NCBI GenBank assembly: GCA_042408215.1
Contig: JAYFMW010000027.1
Location: 1-64,000, forward strand
Direction of reading: 5' to 3'
Length of the DNA: 64,000 nucleotides
Origin: Microcoleus sp.
GTDB lineage: Bacteria; Cyanobacteriota; Cyanobacteriia; Cyanobacteriales; Microcoleaceae
Under the pieces are notes generated by a model. That model was given only the letters and a program-made list of their open reading frames with translations. It did not search any database and was not told the origin of the DNA. The position numbers and the translations under genes are program-made. Of the stretch, positions 18,918-30,447 are shown piece after piece (the stretch's first letter is position 1; every line of letters begins with the position of its first letter).

Positions 18918-19934
18918 ATGCAAGTCCGTTTTAACGTAATTCGCCAAAATCAAAACGAGGCTCCCCGCATTCACACTTACACCCTAGAGGTGGAAGAGAG
19001 CAATACCATCCTCGACTGCCTCAACAGCATTAAGTGGGAACAGGACGGCACCTTAGCCTACCGCAAAAATTGCCGTAACACCATTTGTGGCAGTTGTTCC
19101 ATGCGGATTAACGGTCGATCGGCATTAGCTTGCAAAGAAAATATTGGCAGCGAACTCGCAAGACTTGACAAAATAGCTAATTTCAGTTATCCAGAAAAGC
19201 CAGCGGATTTAATCCCAGAAATTACGATCGCCCCAATGGGAAATATGCCCGTAATCAAAGATTTGGTTGTTGACATGACCAGTTTTTGGGACAATCTGGA
19301 AGCAGTGGACCCCTATGTGAGCACTGAGGCGCGAGCAGTTCCCGAACGGGAATTTCTGCAAACACCAGAAGAGCGATCGAAACTCGACCAAACAGGCAAT
19401 TGCATCCTTTGCGGTGCGTGCTATTCTGAGTGCAATGCCCGTGAAGTCAACCCCGAATTTGTCGGCCCCCACGCCCTCGCCAAAGCTTACCGGACGATCG
19501 CCGATTCCCGCGACGGGGATACAGAAAATCGGCTAGAAAAATACAACCAAGGTACTGAAGGCGTTTGGGGATGTACCCGCTGTTACTACTGCAACTCGGT
19601 TTGTCCGATGGAAGTTGCGCCGATGGATCAAATTGGTAAGATTAAACAAGAGATTCTCGATCGCAAAGACGAACAAGCCAGTCGATCGATTCGCCACCGC
19701 AAAGTCTTAATTAAGCTCGTCAAAGAAGGCGGCTGGATAGACGAGCGCAAATTTGGCATCGAAGTAGTAGGAAACTACTTCCGAGATATTCAAGGCTTGC
19801 TGAGTCTCGGGCCATTAGGTTTGAGAATGATCGCCCGCGGCAAATTCCCGCTGTCCTTTGAGAGTTCAGAAGGTACTAAAACCGTCCGAGCTCTGATCGA
19901 ATCGGTTCAAAATTTAGAAAAGTCAACAGATTAA
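18918..19934 (+). CDS. sdhB: succinate dehydrogenase/fumarate reductase iron-sulfur subunit
   Basis: CRNTICGSC, CILCGACYSEC, CTRCYYCNSVCP cluster motifs. Confidence 0.95.
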   Translation: MQVRFNVIRQNQNEAPRIHTYTLEVEESNTILDCLNSIKWEQDGTLAYRKNCRNTICGSCSMRINGRSALACKENIGSELARLDKIANFSYPEKPADLIPEITIAPMGNMPVIKDLVVDMTSFWDNLEAVDPYVSTEARAVPEREFLQTPEERSKLDQTGNCILCGACYSECNAREVNPEFVGPHALAKAYRTIADSRDGDTENRLEKYNQGTEGVWGCTRCYYCNSVCPMEVAPMDQIGKIKQEILDRKDEQASRSIRHRKVLIKLVKEGGWIDERKFGIEVVGNYFRDIQGLLSLGPLGLRMIARGKFPLSFESSEGTKTVRALIESVQNLEKSTD

Positions 19935-20020
19935 CTCTGTGCGGTCATTTTCCGGTAAATTAAAGACGGGATTTTCATTCCCAAACTCCCAACTCCCAAC
20001 TCCCAACTCCCAACTTTTCA

Positions 20021-20212
20021 ATGACTTCTAAAACTCCTCCATCCTCAACCGCATCAACCCCAGAGTCCGCGAAAAAACCAGAACCAGCCTTTGGCTGGAA
20101 TGCCTACGCTGAACAAATCAATGGCAGATTTGCAATGGTGGGATTCGTGGGACTTCTGTTGCTAGAATTCTTCACCCGCCAGGATTTTTTTACTTGGATC
20201 GGTCTGCGTTAA
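20021..20212 (+). CDS. high-light-inducible protein (HLIP, CAB/ELIP family)
   Basis: FGWNAYAEQINGRFAMVGF single-helix motif. Confidence 0.93.
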   Translation: MTSKTPPSSTASTPESAKKPEPAFGWNAYAEQINGRFAMVGFVGLLLLEFFTRQDFFTWIGLR

Positions 20213-20414
20213 GCTAATCAAAAATGGCTGGTAAGTAGGTCGCTCTAATTAAACGTAAAATCCGCTCGCGCTCTCAGATACCAGACTTCTTTAGGAAGTC
20301 TGGTATCTGGGTATATAGAGTTAAGCTGTTGCGAATTTAACTGGTACTTGTGGGGTGGGAATAAGCTCCCGCCCCTCCAGGAATAATTGAGATGGGTGCT
20401 CGGTTTCGTTCAAA

Positions 20415-21023
20415 CTAATTTTTAGTTTTTTCGCGGACTGTCAGATTGTACTTTCCTTTACCTTTGGGAGGTGGGTCATAAGCATTGACAATTACGCGGT
20501 AGCGACCAGTTTCAGACAAAGTAAGTGTCAGCTCTGAATTGGAATTTTGCTGGGTGAGATCATCATTTTCTGCAAGCAACTCTCCTTTGGAGTTGAAGAT
20601 AGCGAGATAAGTATCAAAATCAGAACTTTGGACAGCAACAACCACCGTCTGACCCTGATTACCTTCAAAGGTGTATTCGTCGTACAAACTGCTGTCCGAG
20701 GGAAGTACAGAAGACTTCGCAGGAGTGAGTTCTCCAAGTTGTTCCAAGATCACCTTAAATGACTGGGGATCAGGAATCGGCGAATCTATGGTGGGCGTTT
20801 GAGTTGGCGACTGCTGTGGGGATGGCGGCTTTGGACTTGCTTGAGCTAAAACAGCATTACCAGCAGAAGTAACAGCAGGTGATTTCACAAGGTCGGTGGA
20901 ACTTCTACTCTTCGAGACTCCAACTGCATCGGAAACAGGCGAGGAGACAGTCGGCTTGGCCCAAAAAGTAGCTAACAAAGCAATTGGCGCGATCGCCCAA
21001 AATCTCAATCTAACTTGACGCAT
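20415..21023 (-). CDS. secreted PPC (pre-peptidase C-terminal) domain protein
   Basis: Signal peptide, Pro/Ser linker, YTFEG..GQ...S.DFDTYL...AENDD...G.YRVIVNAY; similar to the PPC domains of the neighbouring protease. Confidence 0.85.
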   Translation of the reverse strand: MRQVRLRFWAIAPIALLATFWAKPTVSSPVSDAVGVSKSRSSTDLVKSPAVTSAGNAVLAQASPKPPSPQQSPTQTPTIDSPIPDPQSFKVILEQLGELTPAKSSVLPSDSSLYDEYTFEGNQGQTVVVAVQSSDFDTYLAIFNSKGELLAENDDLTQQNSNSELTLTLSETGRYRVIVNAYDPPPKGKGKYNLTVREKTKN

Positions 21024-21282
21024 GAATTACCTCGATTTGCAACGAAGGAAGAAGTTCGGCAACGGATTCTGTAACGGATTTAACGGATGTAACGGATTTA
21101 AAGGATTTAACGGATTTAACGCCGGGAAGGAAGAGGATCGATGGGTCGAAGGAAGAGGGAAGAGGGAAGAAAAATAATTCAACTTTTTGAATTTCCCAAG
21201 GCCCTATGCTTTTCGGCCCCATGCTTTTCGGCCCCATGCTTTTCGGCCCCATGCCCAATTACCAATTACCAATTCCCAACTT

Positions 21283-22743
21283 TTAGCGGATAGTTAGAGT
21301 GTAACGACCCCGGCCCGAAGCATCGTAAGCATTGACAATCACGCGGTAGCGACCCGTAGCGGGCAAAGTAACGCTCAGAAACGCATTTTTAGTCGAATCA
21401 CTCCCATCGTCATTTTCTGCCACTAATCGGCCGTTAGGGCCAAACAGAGCCACATAGGGATCGAAATCTCTACTTTCGAGCGAAATCGCCACAGACTGAC
21501 CCGCTCGACCTTCAAAAGTATACTCGCGATACAGACTCTTGTCAGACGGCAGTACCGCACCGCCTGCGACTAAAGCGCCTTCTTCTTGCAAAATCGCCCT
21601 GGTCGGCTCAGTAGGAGTAGTTGCTTTGAGCTCTAATGTATAAGCCCCAGACTGCCTCGCCTCGTTGGAATTTGCCAGTAAGGTGTAAGTGCCATCTGCT
21701 GGCAACCTGACTGTAATTCGGGCATTGTTATTGCCTGCCCCGTCATCGTCTTGAGCGATTTGCCGCTGATTGGGGCCGAGCAATATTAAATAAGAGTCAA
21801 TCTCTTGACTTTTCATTTCAATTGTGATAGTAGATCCTGCTTTTCCCTCAAAGGAGTAGAGGTCGAAAAAGCTGTTGTCTGCGGGCAGAACGCTAGATTG
21901 GTTGGTGAGTTGACGGCTGACAGCGGGCCCGTTTAAGGCTAGTTTTTCAGGTGATTTGCTACCAAAGGGCGATCGCCTCTGAGTCACGCGGGGAGCTCGT
22001 CCTTCTCGCACCGCAGTCAGGAAAGCGGGCACTTTGTCTACAGAAATTGCAAAACTGATACCGATATTGCCTCCGCCCTGACCGCGAGTAAAAATAGAAG
22101 TATTGACACCAATTAATTCTCCAGAACTGTTGAGCAGCGGGCCTCCTGAATTGCCGGGATTGATGGCTGCGTCTGTTTGAATCAAGCTTCGTTGTTGGTC
22201 GATGCGGCTGACAATTCCGACGGTAAAAGTACCTTGAAATTGACCGAAAGGATTGCCGATCGCAAATGCTTGTTGCCCAACTTTTACCGAACCGGGACGG
22301 GCTAAAGGAATAGTGGGCAAATTGTTTTGACCGCGAATCTTGACTACAGCTAAATCTAGACCTTCTTCCCCGAATCCGATGACATCGGCTGGGAGTTTTC
22401 TGCCGTCTGACAAAATTATAGTTACAGTACCGCCTGCGGAAACAACGTGGGCGTTAGTTAAAACCATGCCGTCCGGGCTGATAATTGTGCCGCTACCGTT
22501 AGATTTATCTGTATCGACGGTAACAACCGCTGGACTGGCTCGTTCGTAGACCCGAATATTGGTTTGTTCTTCGACATTTTGGGCGATCGCACCCTGGGAA
22601 TGCACCGACTTAAATACCGAGTTAAATTCAGTTAAATCTGTTGATGGTCGCACTGGGGATGTGGTAACAACCCCAGTGGCGCTGGCTGTTACCCCAATTG
22701 TTAAAATTCCCGATACTGCTAAACTTAGAAGTTTGAGATTCAT
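21283..22743 (-). CDS. trypsin-like (HtrA/Deg-type) serine protease with two PPC domains
   Basis: TNAHVV, DLAVV, IQTDAAINPGNSGGPL; two PPC repeats instead of PDZ. Confidence 0.92.
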   Translation of the reverse strand: MNLKLLSLAVSGILTIGVTASATGVVTTSPVRPSTDLTEFNSVFKSVHSQGAIAQNVEEQTNIRVYERASPAVVTVDTDKSNGSGTIISPDGMVLTNAHVVSAGGTVTIILSDGRKLPADVIGFGEEGLDLAVVKIRGQNNLPTIPLARPGSVKVGQQAFAIGNPFGQFQGTFTVGIVSRIDQQRSLIQTDAAINPGNSGGPLLNSSGELIGVNTSIFTRGQGGGNIGISFAISVDKVPAFLTAVREGRAPRVTQRRSPFGSKSPEKLALNGPAVSRQLTNQSSVLPADNSFFDLYSFEGKAGSTITIEMKSQEIDSYLILLGPNQRQIAQDDDGAGNNNARITVRLPADGTYTLLANSNEARQSGAYTLELKATTPTEPTRAILQEEGALVAGGAVLPSDKSLYREYTFEGRAGQSVAISLESRDFDPYVALFGPNGRLVAENDDGSDSTKNAFLSVTLPATGRYRVIVNAYDASGRGRYTLTIR

Positions 22744-23192
22744 GGCGATCGATTAGTATGGAGCGCTCCGTAGCTAGTAATTAGGTTTTGTTGCTAACTG
22801 CTAACTACCCTCTGTAATTATTTTAGGACTTGTACAGCGGTAGTGAAAAATCAAGGGTGAGTTTTGACGGAATTGGGCGTTCTAAATCATCGTTTTTTCA
22901 ATCCCAAAAATTAGCTGTATTTATCTGTATTTATCTGCGTTGATATGCGGTTTCACACTTCCAATTTACAGTCTTTTTAATAAGTCTAATATCTGATCAT
23001 ATAGCCCTTCTCTGTTCAATGAGGTACCCTTGGGGATTGGGCCTAGGGCCTAGGGGATCGATCGGCTTGTAGCTCATGGGGTTGAAAACCGCTATAAGTA
23101 GATGGGTATCAATAAACGCAACTTAGAGTTATGCGTCCCAAGCTGTCGCTGCGGGATCAATGTTTAATTTCGCCCATCTACTTACTGAATGC

Positions 23193-23999
23193 CTATTTGT
23201 CGAAATTGGTCGAATCCGGTTGGTCTTCCGGGTATTCTACTGGTCGATACTCCACATAATCTGAGGTTGGTGCTTCCACCTCACGGCTGCTAGCGCGTGA
23301 CCTCGATGTTTCTGTCGGACGGGTTTTTTTGGTTCTCGGTGGTGTCTCGGAGTTGCGGTTTTCCGAAGCAGGAGGACGGCTGCTGCGGTTGCGAGTCGGT
23401 CTTTCTTCGGGGTTGTGTGAAACGTCCCAATTGTCAGAGGGATCGGCGGGCGGGGCTTCGGGGCGAGAGGAACGCTTGCGCGCGCGATCGGGCGATTCCG
23501 GTGGCTTGGAGTTGTTAATGCTGCTGTTGCGAGATCCGGGACGGCGACGGGGTTCGTCGTCGTAGCCTTCGCGGGAGGAACGGTAGTCTTGGCTACCTCT
23601 AATCCGGGGGCGCTGGGGGTAGTCTTCCTCTGGTTCTAGCTGCTCGATTTCGGTATCATAGCCGTCGTAACCGTAGGCGTTGCTGACGGGTCGCTCTTCA
23701 TCGACGTATTGGGCGCGACTTTTGGCTTGGGCTGTGGTCGCTCCCCGTAGTTTGATGCTTTCGGCTGCAAAAAATATGGCGGAACCGGTGAGGAGGAATT
23801 GACCGAATGCCAGAATTGGGTCGAGTCGCCAGCCTTGAAATAACAGAATACCGCCACACAGCAGGCCTACTGCTGCAAAAAAAATATCGTGGTCTCGTGC
23901 TAGTTTGGGACGCCACGATCGCAGAAAGTAAAGTCCCGCCCCGGCTACTGCTAGGATAATGCCTAGCAGGCTGCTCCAGTTCAATCCTAAATTAACCAT
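23193..23999 (-). CDS. ycf66: Ycf66 family protein
   Basis: LYFLRS.RP.LARDHDIFFAAVGLLCG.IL.FQGWRLDPIL plus disordered tail. Confidence 0.92.
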   Translation of the reverse strand: MVNLGLNWSSLLGIILAVAGAGLYFLRSWRPKLARDHDIFFAAVGLLCGGILLFQGWRLDPILAFGQFLLTGSAIFFAAESIKLRGATTAQAKSRAQYVDEERPVSNAYGYDGYDTEIEQLEPEEDYPQRPRIRGSQDYRSSREGYDDEPRRRPGSRNSSINNSKPPESPDRARKRSSRPEAPPADPSDNWDVSHNPEERPTRNRSSRPPASENRNSETPPRTKKTRPTETSRSRASSREVEAPTSDYVEYRPVEYPEDQPDSTNFDK

Positions 24000-24344
24000 T
24001 AGCCTATCTCCTATTTCTGTCCTATATTAACGAGTTAGATTTTACATTTTTACTTAAGTCTGGTCTTCCTCCAAAAGAAGTTGCAGCTTGGGAAGTGACA
24101 TATTACTGAGTTTAACGGGAAAAAACCTCAGCTTGGCAGTCCTAGAAGGTTTTACCTTCTGATTTGCTCTTAGCCGAGGTTTCTTTGATCGGGGAAATGC
24201 CCTAGGAGGCGATCGCATAAGTGCCGAAAGCAACTTTCTGGATGACTGCTATACAAAACTTGGCTAAACTTATTCAAGCTTCACCATTCAACTAGAAGTG
24301 GTTTCTTTCTTGGTCTGCTTCCTGCTTCTGCCAAGGGAGTCGGC

Positions 24345-24436
24345 TCCGTACGGACACGGCACTGCCGTGTCCCTACAGTCCACAGGCGTAAATTCGGGTG
24401 TAGCCGTACGGACACGGCACTGCCGTGTCCCTACAG
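24345..24436. repeat. two REP-like palindromes GGACACGGCACTGCCGTGTCCCTACA
   Basis: Two direct copies; related copies at about 54500-54553. Confidence 0.8.
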
Positions 24437-24726
24437 CCTCACGTTGTATAACTGTTGAAGCTTTTAGCCATTGTTCAACCTGTATTTTCCACCTATTTAA
24501 CGAATCGTGGTCTCCCGTTCGACCTTTTTACAGGCTGGTCAGTTTTGAATCGACGCTCGGTTTACAAACCAGATATTTTGCCTCATCGTTTCGGCATGAG
24601 CGTCAAATTAGCAGAAAATTACAACGCTGTCAATATCATCACGCCAGAAGAACTCTGAGCAACTTTAGACAAGTATTTGGCTATTTAGTCTAGCTCTCAC
24701 GCTGGACTTAAAGCCCCGCACACCTG

Positions 24727-24846
24727 TTATGTGCGCTTGATTTTGTCTTTTTGGCTAATGAAGATGAGGGCGATCGTTCCTGGAATCAGGATCAGCCCAG
24801 CGCCCCACAGCAGACTGTACAAAAAACTTGCGAGTGAAGGAGTCAT
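24727..24846 (-). CDS. psbX: photosystem II protein PsbX (not in the supplied ORF track)
   Basis: Hand translation MTPSLASFLYSLLWGAGLILIPGTIALIFISQKDKIKRT*, 39 aa; next to ycf66. Confidence 0.95.
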   Translation of the reverse strand: MTPSLASFLYSLLWGAGLILIPGTIALIFISQKDKIKRT

Positions 24847-24897
24847 AGATCTAAAGCCCTCTGTTACAACTGTTTGATTTTGATTAATTTTATCAGC

Positions 24898-24991
24898 AGT
24901 CAGTTGTCAGTGGGCAGTTGTCTGTTGACTGTTGGCTGTTGACTGTTGGCTGTTGGCTGTTGACTGTTGGCTGTTGGCTGTTGGCTGTTGA
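24898..24991. repeat. heptamer tandem repeat (CTGTTGG/CTGTTGA)n
   Basis: Visible directly. Other heptamer tracts at about 18761-18791, 19978-20012, 25366-25495, 44868-44902, 45127-45200, 56271-56355. Confidence 0.9.
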
Positions 24992-25079
24992 ACGTAGCGG
25001 AAAAATTCTGGTGCGCGATCGCAGTTAAAATTATGAAGACTTGACTTAACAAAACTTAAGATTTTTACAGAATAACCCT

Positions 25080-25364
25080 ATGAGTGGTATTACCGTTGCG
25101 AGTTGGATTCTGGGCTCTATCCTAGTGCTGATGACTTTGCTATTTATTTTTCGGATCGTCCTGAGTTGGTATCCGCAGGTCAACCTCAGCAGACTGCCGT
25201 TGAGTCTGATTGCTTGGCCGACGGAACCTTTTTTAGTGGTAACAAGAAAAATTGTACCGCCGATCGGCGGGGTGGACATTACGCCGATTATTTGGGTGGG
25301 TATCTGTAGTTTGCTGCGAGAAATGATTCTCGGTCAGCAAGGGCTACTGACGATGATGATGTAG
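25080..25364 (+). CDS. YggT/Ycf19 family membrane protein
   Basis: RIVLSWYP, TEPFL, PPIGGVDITPI. Confidence 0.9.
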   Translation: MSGITVASWILGSILVLMTLLFIFRIVLSWYPQVNLSRLPLSLIAWPTEPFLVVTRKIVPPIGGVDITPIIWVGICSLLREMILGQQGLLTMMM

Positions 25365-25625
25365 AAGTCATGAGTCATTAGTCATTAGTCATTAGTCAGC
25401 AGTCATTAGTCATTGGTCAGCAGTCATTAGTCATTGGTCAGCAGTCATTAGTCAGCAGTGATTAGTCATTCGTCATTAGTCATTCGTTATTAGTGGGATT
25501 AAGGTGGGCAATGCCAGCCCAGCCCTCGTCAATCTGGCGAAGAAACTCCTTAGACGCTGGAAATTTCCGATCTTGCGATAGTCAAGACTGCTGACTAATG
25601 ACTGCTGACTAATGACTAATGACTA

Positions 25626-26978
25626 CTAACTGTTTTGGCCCATGAATTGTTCGACGAAATTGGTGTAAACTTCGCCCCTGAGAAATTCGGGGCTATCGAG
25701 GATTTTTTGGTGAAAGCTGAGGGTGGTGGGGACGCCGGTAATCGCGCATTCCCGCAGGGCGCGTTTCATGCGCCGGATGGCTGAGGGTCGATCGCGCCCC
25801 CAGACTATCAATTTACCAATTAAAGAATCGTAGTAAGCCGGTATTTCGTAATCGGTGTAAACGTGGGAGTCCATCCGCACCCCAGGGCCACCGGGAGGCA
25901 AAAAGCCTGTGATTCTGCCCGGATGGGGTCGGAAGTTGCGATCGGGATCTTCAGCATTGATGCGACACTCAATGGCGTGCCCGCTGAGAATTACTTGGTT
26001 TTGCTTGATTTGGAGTTTTTCTCCTTGGGCGATGCGAATTTGTTCGGCAATCAAGTCGAGGCCTGTAATCATTTCCGTGACAGTATGTTCTACTTGAATC
26101 CGGGTGTTCATTTCCATGAAGTAGAACTTGCCCGATTTGTCAAGCAAAAATTCGACTGTTCCTGCACCGGTGTAGTTGATGGATTTGGCGGCGGCAATGG
26201 CGGCGTTACCCATTTGATCTCGCAGTTTCTGGCTGAGGGCGGGGCTGGGGGCTTCTTCGAGGAGTTTCTGATGCCGCCGTTGAATCGAACAATCTCTCTC
26301 GCCGAGGTGGATGACGTTACCGTAGTTGTCGGCGAGGATTTGGATTTCGATGTGCCGCGGTCTTTCGATGAATTTTTCGAGGTAAAGTCCGGGGTTGCCG
26401 AAAGCTGCATCTGCTTCGCCTTGGGCTGCACAGAATAGTTTGGGGAGTTCGGATGCTTCTCTAACTAGCCTCATCCCGCGGCCTCCACCGCCGGCGGTGG
26501 CTTTGATCATCACAGGATAGCCGATGTCGCGGGCGATCGACAAAGCTTCGCGATCGTCGGCCAGCAATCCTTCACTACCGGGGACTGTGGGGACTTTCAC
26601 CCGCTGCATGGTTTCTTTGGCCGTGGATTTATCACCCATCGCCCGCATCGCAGCCGGAGTTGGGCCGATGAAGGTAATTTGATGATCCGCGCAGATTTCG
26701 GCAAATCGGGCATTTTCAGCGAGGAAGCCATAGCCAGGGTGAATGGCTGCGGCGTTGCGCGTCAGGGCGGCCGAGATGATGTTGGGGATGTTTAAATAGC
26801 TTTTGCTGCTGGTGGGGGGGCCGATGCAAACGGCTTCGTCTGCCAACTGAACGTGCAGGGCGTGCTTGTCTACGGTGGAGTGAACGGCGACCGTGGCAAT
26901 CCCCATTTCCTCGCAGGTGCGCAGGATGCGGAGGGCGATTTCCCCCCGATTAGCGATTAAAATTTTCGAGAACCCCAT
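25626..26978 (-). CDS. accC: acetyl-CoA carboxylase, biotin carboxylase subunit
   Basis: [51 protein letters not shown]. Confidence 0.98.
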   Translation of the reverse strand: MGFSKILIANRGEIALRILRTCEEMGIATVAVHSTVDKHALHVQLADEAVCIGPPTSSKSYLNIPNIISAALTRNAAAIHPGYGFLAENARFAEICADHQITFIGPTPAAMRAMGDKSTAKETMQRVKVPTVPGSEGLLADDREALSIARDIGYPVMIKATAGGGGRGMRLVREASELPKLFCAAQGEADAAFGNPGLYLEKFIERPRHIEIQILADNYGNVIHLGERDCSIQRRHQKLLEEAPSPALSQKLRDQMGNAAIAAAKSINYTGAGTVEFLLDKSGKFYFMEMNTRIQVEHTVTEMITGLDLIAEQIRIAQGEKLQIKQNQVILSGHAIECRINAEDPDRNFRPHPGRITGFLPPGGPGVRMDSHVYTDYEIPAYYDSLIGKLIVWGRDRPSAIRRMKRALRECAITGVPTTLSFHQKILDSPEFLRGEVYTNFVEQFMGQNS

Positions 26979-27206
26979 CTTCGCTGCTTATTCACTCAAT
27001 ATTCTGTAGAATAATCCCTTTCGGTATGTTGTGGATGATGGTTTCCCAGAAAATCTTCACAAAAATTTATTTTACATTTTGCTGGTAGTGGTGCTATGAT
27101 TTAAAATCGGTGGTCTCAAAGGGCAAGTCACAAGTTAAAAGTCAGGAACCTCAACCTGTGCATCTTTAACTCGTAACGCAAAAAATCCCTGAGAGTGCCA
27201 GAAAGA

Positions 27207-27290
27207 GCGGATGTGGCGGAATTGGTATACGCGCACGCTTGAGGTGCGTGTGGCATTATGTCCTTGCGAGTTCGAGTCTCGCCATCCGCA
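27207..27290 (+). tRNA. tRNA-Leu(GAG)
   Basis: GCGGATG acceptor stem, CACGC-TT GAG GT-GCGTG anticodon arm, variable arm, GTTCGAGTC T-loop. Confidence 0.96.
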
Positions 27291-27364
27291 TTGAATGTGT
27301 AAAACAACTGTTGACAGTTTTGGCTGTTGGCAGTTGTTTTGGTTTTGATTGTGGGAGGGGGGCG

Positions 27365-27427
27365 AGAAACCGGGTTTTTGCGAGATACTTTGTTACAGGC
27401 GAAGAGATGGGAAAAAACCCGGTTTCT
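27365..27427. repeat. AGAAACCGGGTTTTT...AAAAACCCGGTTTCT dispersed hairpin element (about 63-66 bp)
   Basis: Further copies start near 35131, 35215, 36966, 38067, 43172, 54441 (interrupted), 56369, 61172. Confidence 0.92.
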
Positions 27428-27521
27428 AAAGATTGTGCGGGAGTATCGTCGGGTGCGTCGCTATGAGATATCTTTAAGTGCGATCGAACTTCTGACAGTG
27501 ACGCACCATACAAAATACTCT

Positions 27522-27761
27522 TTAAATGTCGATCGACAATTGTGTTTGAATTGGAACGCTGGTTTCATTGACGCACAGCGCATTTACAAAAACAATTGTA
27601 TGTGGGACTGCCGGCATTAAGCGACGCAGTGCATTCAAGTAAGCTTCGGCATCAGGGCGGCGAGTAAAACGGGCGACTGTTAAGCGCTGACAGTTTGGGA
27701 GTTGGCGAATTATACACCAAGGTTTAAGTCGATCGCGATAAGTCAGTTCTTTTGGTATCAT
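27522..27761 (-). CDS. small basic hypothetical protein
   Basis: TYRDRLKPWCIIRQLPNCQRLTVARF.RR.DAEAYL; divergent from an XRE gene. Confidence 0.6.
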   Translation of the reverse strand: MIPKELTYRDRLKPWCIIRQLPNCQRLTVARFTRRPDAEAYLNALRRLMPAVPHTIVFVNALCVNETSVPIQTQLSIDI

Positions 27762-27887
27762 AGGAAAATCCTTTCCACGAAAGTGGATGGTGAGAGAGGC
27801 GATTGCCCTTGATTTATCAGGTCTGAGGGCGATCGTCTTTGTTATTAAAAATAATAAACGATAGATACTTATCGTTTGTCAAGTAGA

Positions 27888-28095
27888 ATGGGGTTAGTTA
27901 GGTTCCGAATCCGAGAGTTGGCTGATGAAAAGGGATGGACGCTAAAGGATGTTGCCGATCGATCCGAAGTTCCGTACAGCACAGTCAGGCACTATGCTCG
28001 ATCGGAAGGACTAGCAACGGTTGATATCCATTCAAAAGATAGCTCGCACCCTCGATGTTTTGATTGAGGAGTTGATGGAAGTTGTCAAAGAGTAA
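27888..28095 (+). pseudogene. XRE-family HTH regulator, frameshifted near 28030
   Basis: MGLVRFRIRELADEKGWTLKDVADRSEVPYSTV...; the expected tail IQKIARTLDVLIEELMEVVKE* is in another frame; upstream palindrome aaacgata-N6-tatcgttt. Confidence 0.75.
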
Positions 28096-28107
28096 ACCGA
28101 TTTTGCG

Positions 28108-28587
28108 TCATGTTAAGTTGCCTTCTGTGTCAACTTTAGTTTCTGTCTGAGATCCCTCATCATTATCTTGCAAAAAACCGTGATACCAAGGTGTCACAAT
28201 TCCATTTTCTCGTCCTAACCTCACAATTTCCCACAAAAGTGGGTCTTTACTTATTTGATGTTCCAGAATCAGTTCCCAATAGGTATTAGCTCCTATATCG
28301 GTGCGTTCAATTAATCGGTTTTCTCCACCATTCCAGAATCTCTCAACAATCAAACGCTTGGATTGTACTGTTTGGTCAATTAATATAAGTTTGGTTGCGA
28401 CTACTCGATCGGGTTGAAAATTGAGATATTCAATTGCATGATTGTATTTGGGAATGCAATCTAATTCAATTTTTTCATCAGGTTCGAGGTCAAAATACTC
28501 TGAGGGTGTTAACTCTACTGATTGCCAATGAATACTGTTATTGAGCTTGTATTCGATCGCTATTTGGATGTTGGCATCAGTTTTCAT
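28108..28587 (-). CDS. hypothetical protein
   Basis: 159-aa acidic ORF with a GAGG RBS. Confidence 0.65.
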   Translation of the reverse strand: MKTDANIQIAIEYKLNNSIHWQSVELTPSEYFDLEPDEKIELDCIPKYNHAIEYLNFQPDRVVATKLILIDQTVQSKRLIVERFWNGGENRLIERTDIGANTYWELILEHQISKDPLLWEIVRLGRENGIVTPWYHGFLQDNDEGSQTETKVDTEGNLT

Positions 28588-28652
28588 CTGTTTTTACCTC
28601 TTTTTCCTAAATCTCTACCTTCAAATGTAATTAACCCGAAAGCAGAGGGCGA

Positions 28653-30107
28653 TTACATATCAATAGAGCGAGGTTGATTTTCGGAACTAGGTAAACTTCT
28701 CACGGCGGATGATGATTTTAGCACTTTACGAGCAATCAGCCAAGCAACCCCTCCCAAGATTCCACCGCCTAAGCAACTAACTATAATCGCAATAAAGAAA
28801 GGATGAGGCGGCAGCAGAGGATGCTGGAAAGATGGGAAATCCCAAGGTTTGTCTACAGCCAAGGTGTAGCTGCTGGAAACAACCCCCGCAACGCCTATAC
28901 CCACACCGACAACGGCTATAGTGATTTGTAAATTGCGATCGCGATCTTTTTCTCTAAGCTCAGAAGCGCGATCGTTTTCTGCCTGTTCAATTTCTACAAT
29001 CCCTCGCACTAAAGCCACCGCAATCTTAATCAAATCAGTGCCATGTTTAAAATAGCCTAAATCGCCCTTAATTTGTTCTTGATAGTACGGACAACTTCTA
29101 TCAATAAAAAACTTGAACGTTGTCAAGTCATCAGGTAGTAGCTGCGATTTATTACCAACTTGAAATAACTTTTATTGATAGTTATAAACATGAATATTAA
29201 TCGTGTTATTAAAATCTTCTAAACATTCCAAGGCTCTTTCATAATTCAAACTTTCTCGAAGTAACTCTTTGAGTTTGATTTTCAGATATTTTAACGATTC
29301 ATCTATATCAACACTTTGTGGCGAATCAACTCCATTTGGCAATTCAATCCGACTTACTTCGGTGATTTTTGCTTCTAGGTTTTCGATTGTTTGCTCAATC
29401 TCCAAATATCGTTCCTTAAGTAGATCGTAATTTTTGCGACTATCGATAAAAGCTTTAGTGATTTTATGGCGGTGATAAAACAGTTCAAACAAAGGTTGAA
29501 TAATCTTCCCTAATTTTCCCTCAATCTCATCATCAACCAGATAAACCAACACCTGTAATTGACTTTTGGGAGAACTATACTCAAACATCGGAGAATCGAA
29601 TAACTCAGTAGCCCGGTAAAAAGGTGGACGCACAGATGCTTCTGGAAAGAGATGTGTTAAACATTCATCTGCAACTTCGCGGAAGTCATTTTTACTTGGC
29701 TGTCGATCTGTTTTTAATTTATAAGTAATCAAAAGAGTTTGTCCTAGCCAATTTTCATGACTATCAGCAACCAGAAGATTATTAACATTGAATTGTGTTA
29801 ATGCTGTTGCGATTTCTAAGTCTTTATTTCCCTCAGTTTCTGGGCTACAAATTCTAGCTAAAATGCCTTCGATATCATCGATAAAGCAAAACTTCAACGA
29901 ACCATTTATTTGATTTAAATGCGTGAATTGTTTGGCTTTATTGAGGGGATAACTAAGGTTTTTATTTGATAAAATTATGTCTTTTTCGGGGCTAAAATAT
30001 TGCCATAAATTATTTGCCCAAGTCCAGATTGAGTCAACATCGGTTTTGCTGTCGCTGCTGAGTTGGTAGCTGTAAATATAGACTTGGGGATGGTCAATTT
30101 TTAGCAT
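28653..30107 (-). pseudogene. CHAT-associated protein with coiled coil and two C-terminal TM helices, one internal stop
   Basis: ORFs 29172-30107 and 28653-29126 are in the same frame, joined by *KLFQVGNKSQLLPDD. Confidence 0.7.
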
Positions 30108-30447
30108 CTGGTGCGGGGGGATTTGAGGGTGGTTGAATGCGTTTTTTCAAGTTTGCTTCTAGCTTTTTGAGACCGGGATAGGTATTAGTGACTGTTTCAT
30201 AGCCCGGTGTGACTTCGGATTCTGCGTCATCTAGATTTTTGCGAGTCAGATTGGCAATTTGCTCTGATACTTCAGGAAAATTTTGATAGACTTTATTAAT
30301 AGCTTCTTTAACTGCTTTATCAGTAGCATCAGACTCAGCTATCGGCAAAACAGTCTTGAGTAATTCTTCAATAAATGGCGGAGTCAGAATCTCTGGGGCT
30401 TTGGTAATCGCGTTACAGATTTCTAACAAAATCAGGGTTTTCATCAT
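30094..30447 (-). CDS. small hypothetical protein between the CHAT gene and the membrane-anchored partner
   Basis: 117 aa, RBS GAGG, overlaps the next gene's start. Confidence 0.7.
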   Translation of the reverse strand: MMKTLILLEICNAITKAPEILTPPFIEELLKTVLPIAESDATDKAVKEAINKVYQNFPEVSEQIANLTRKNLDDAESEVTPGYETVTNTYPGLKKLEANLKKRIQPPSNPPAPDAKN

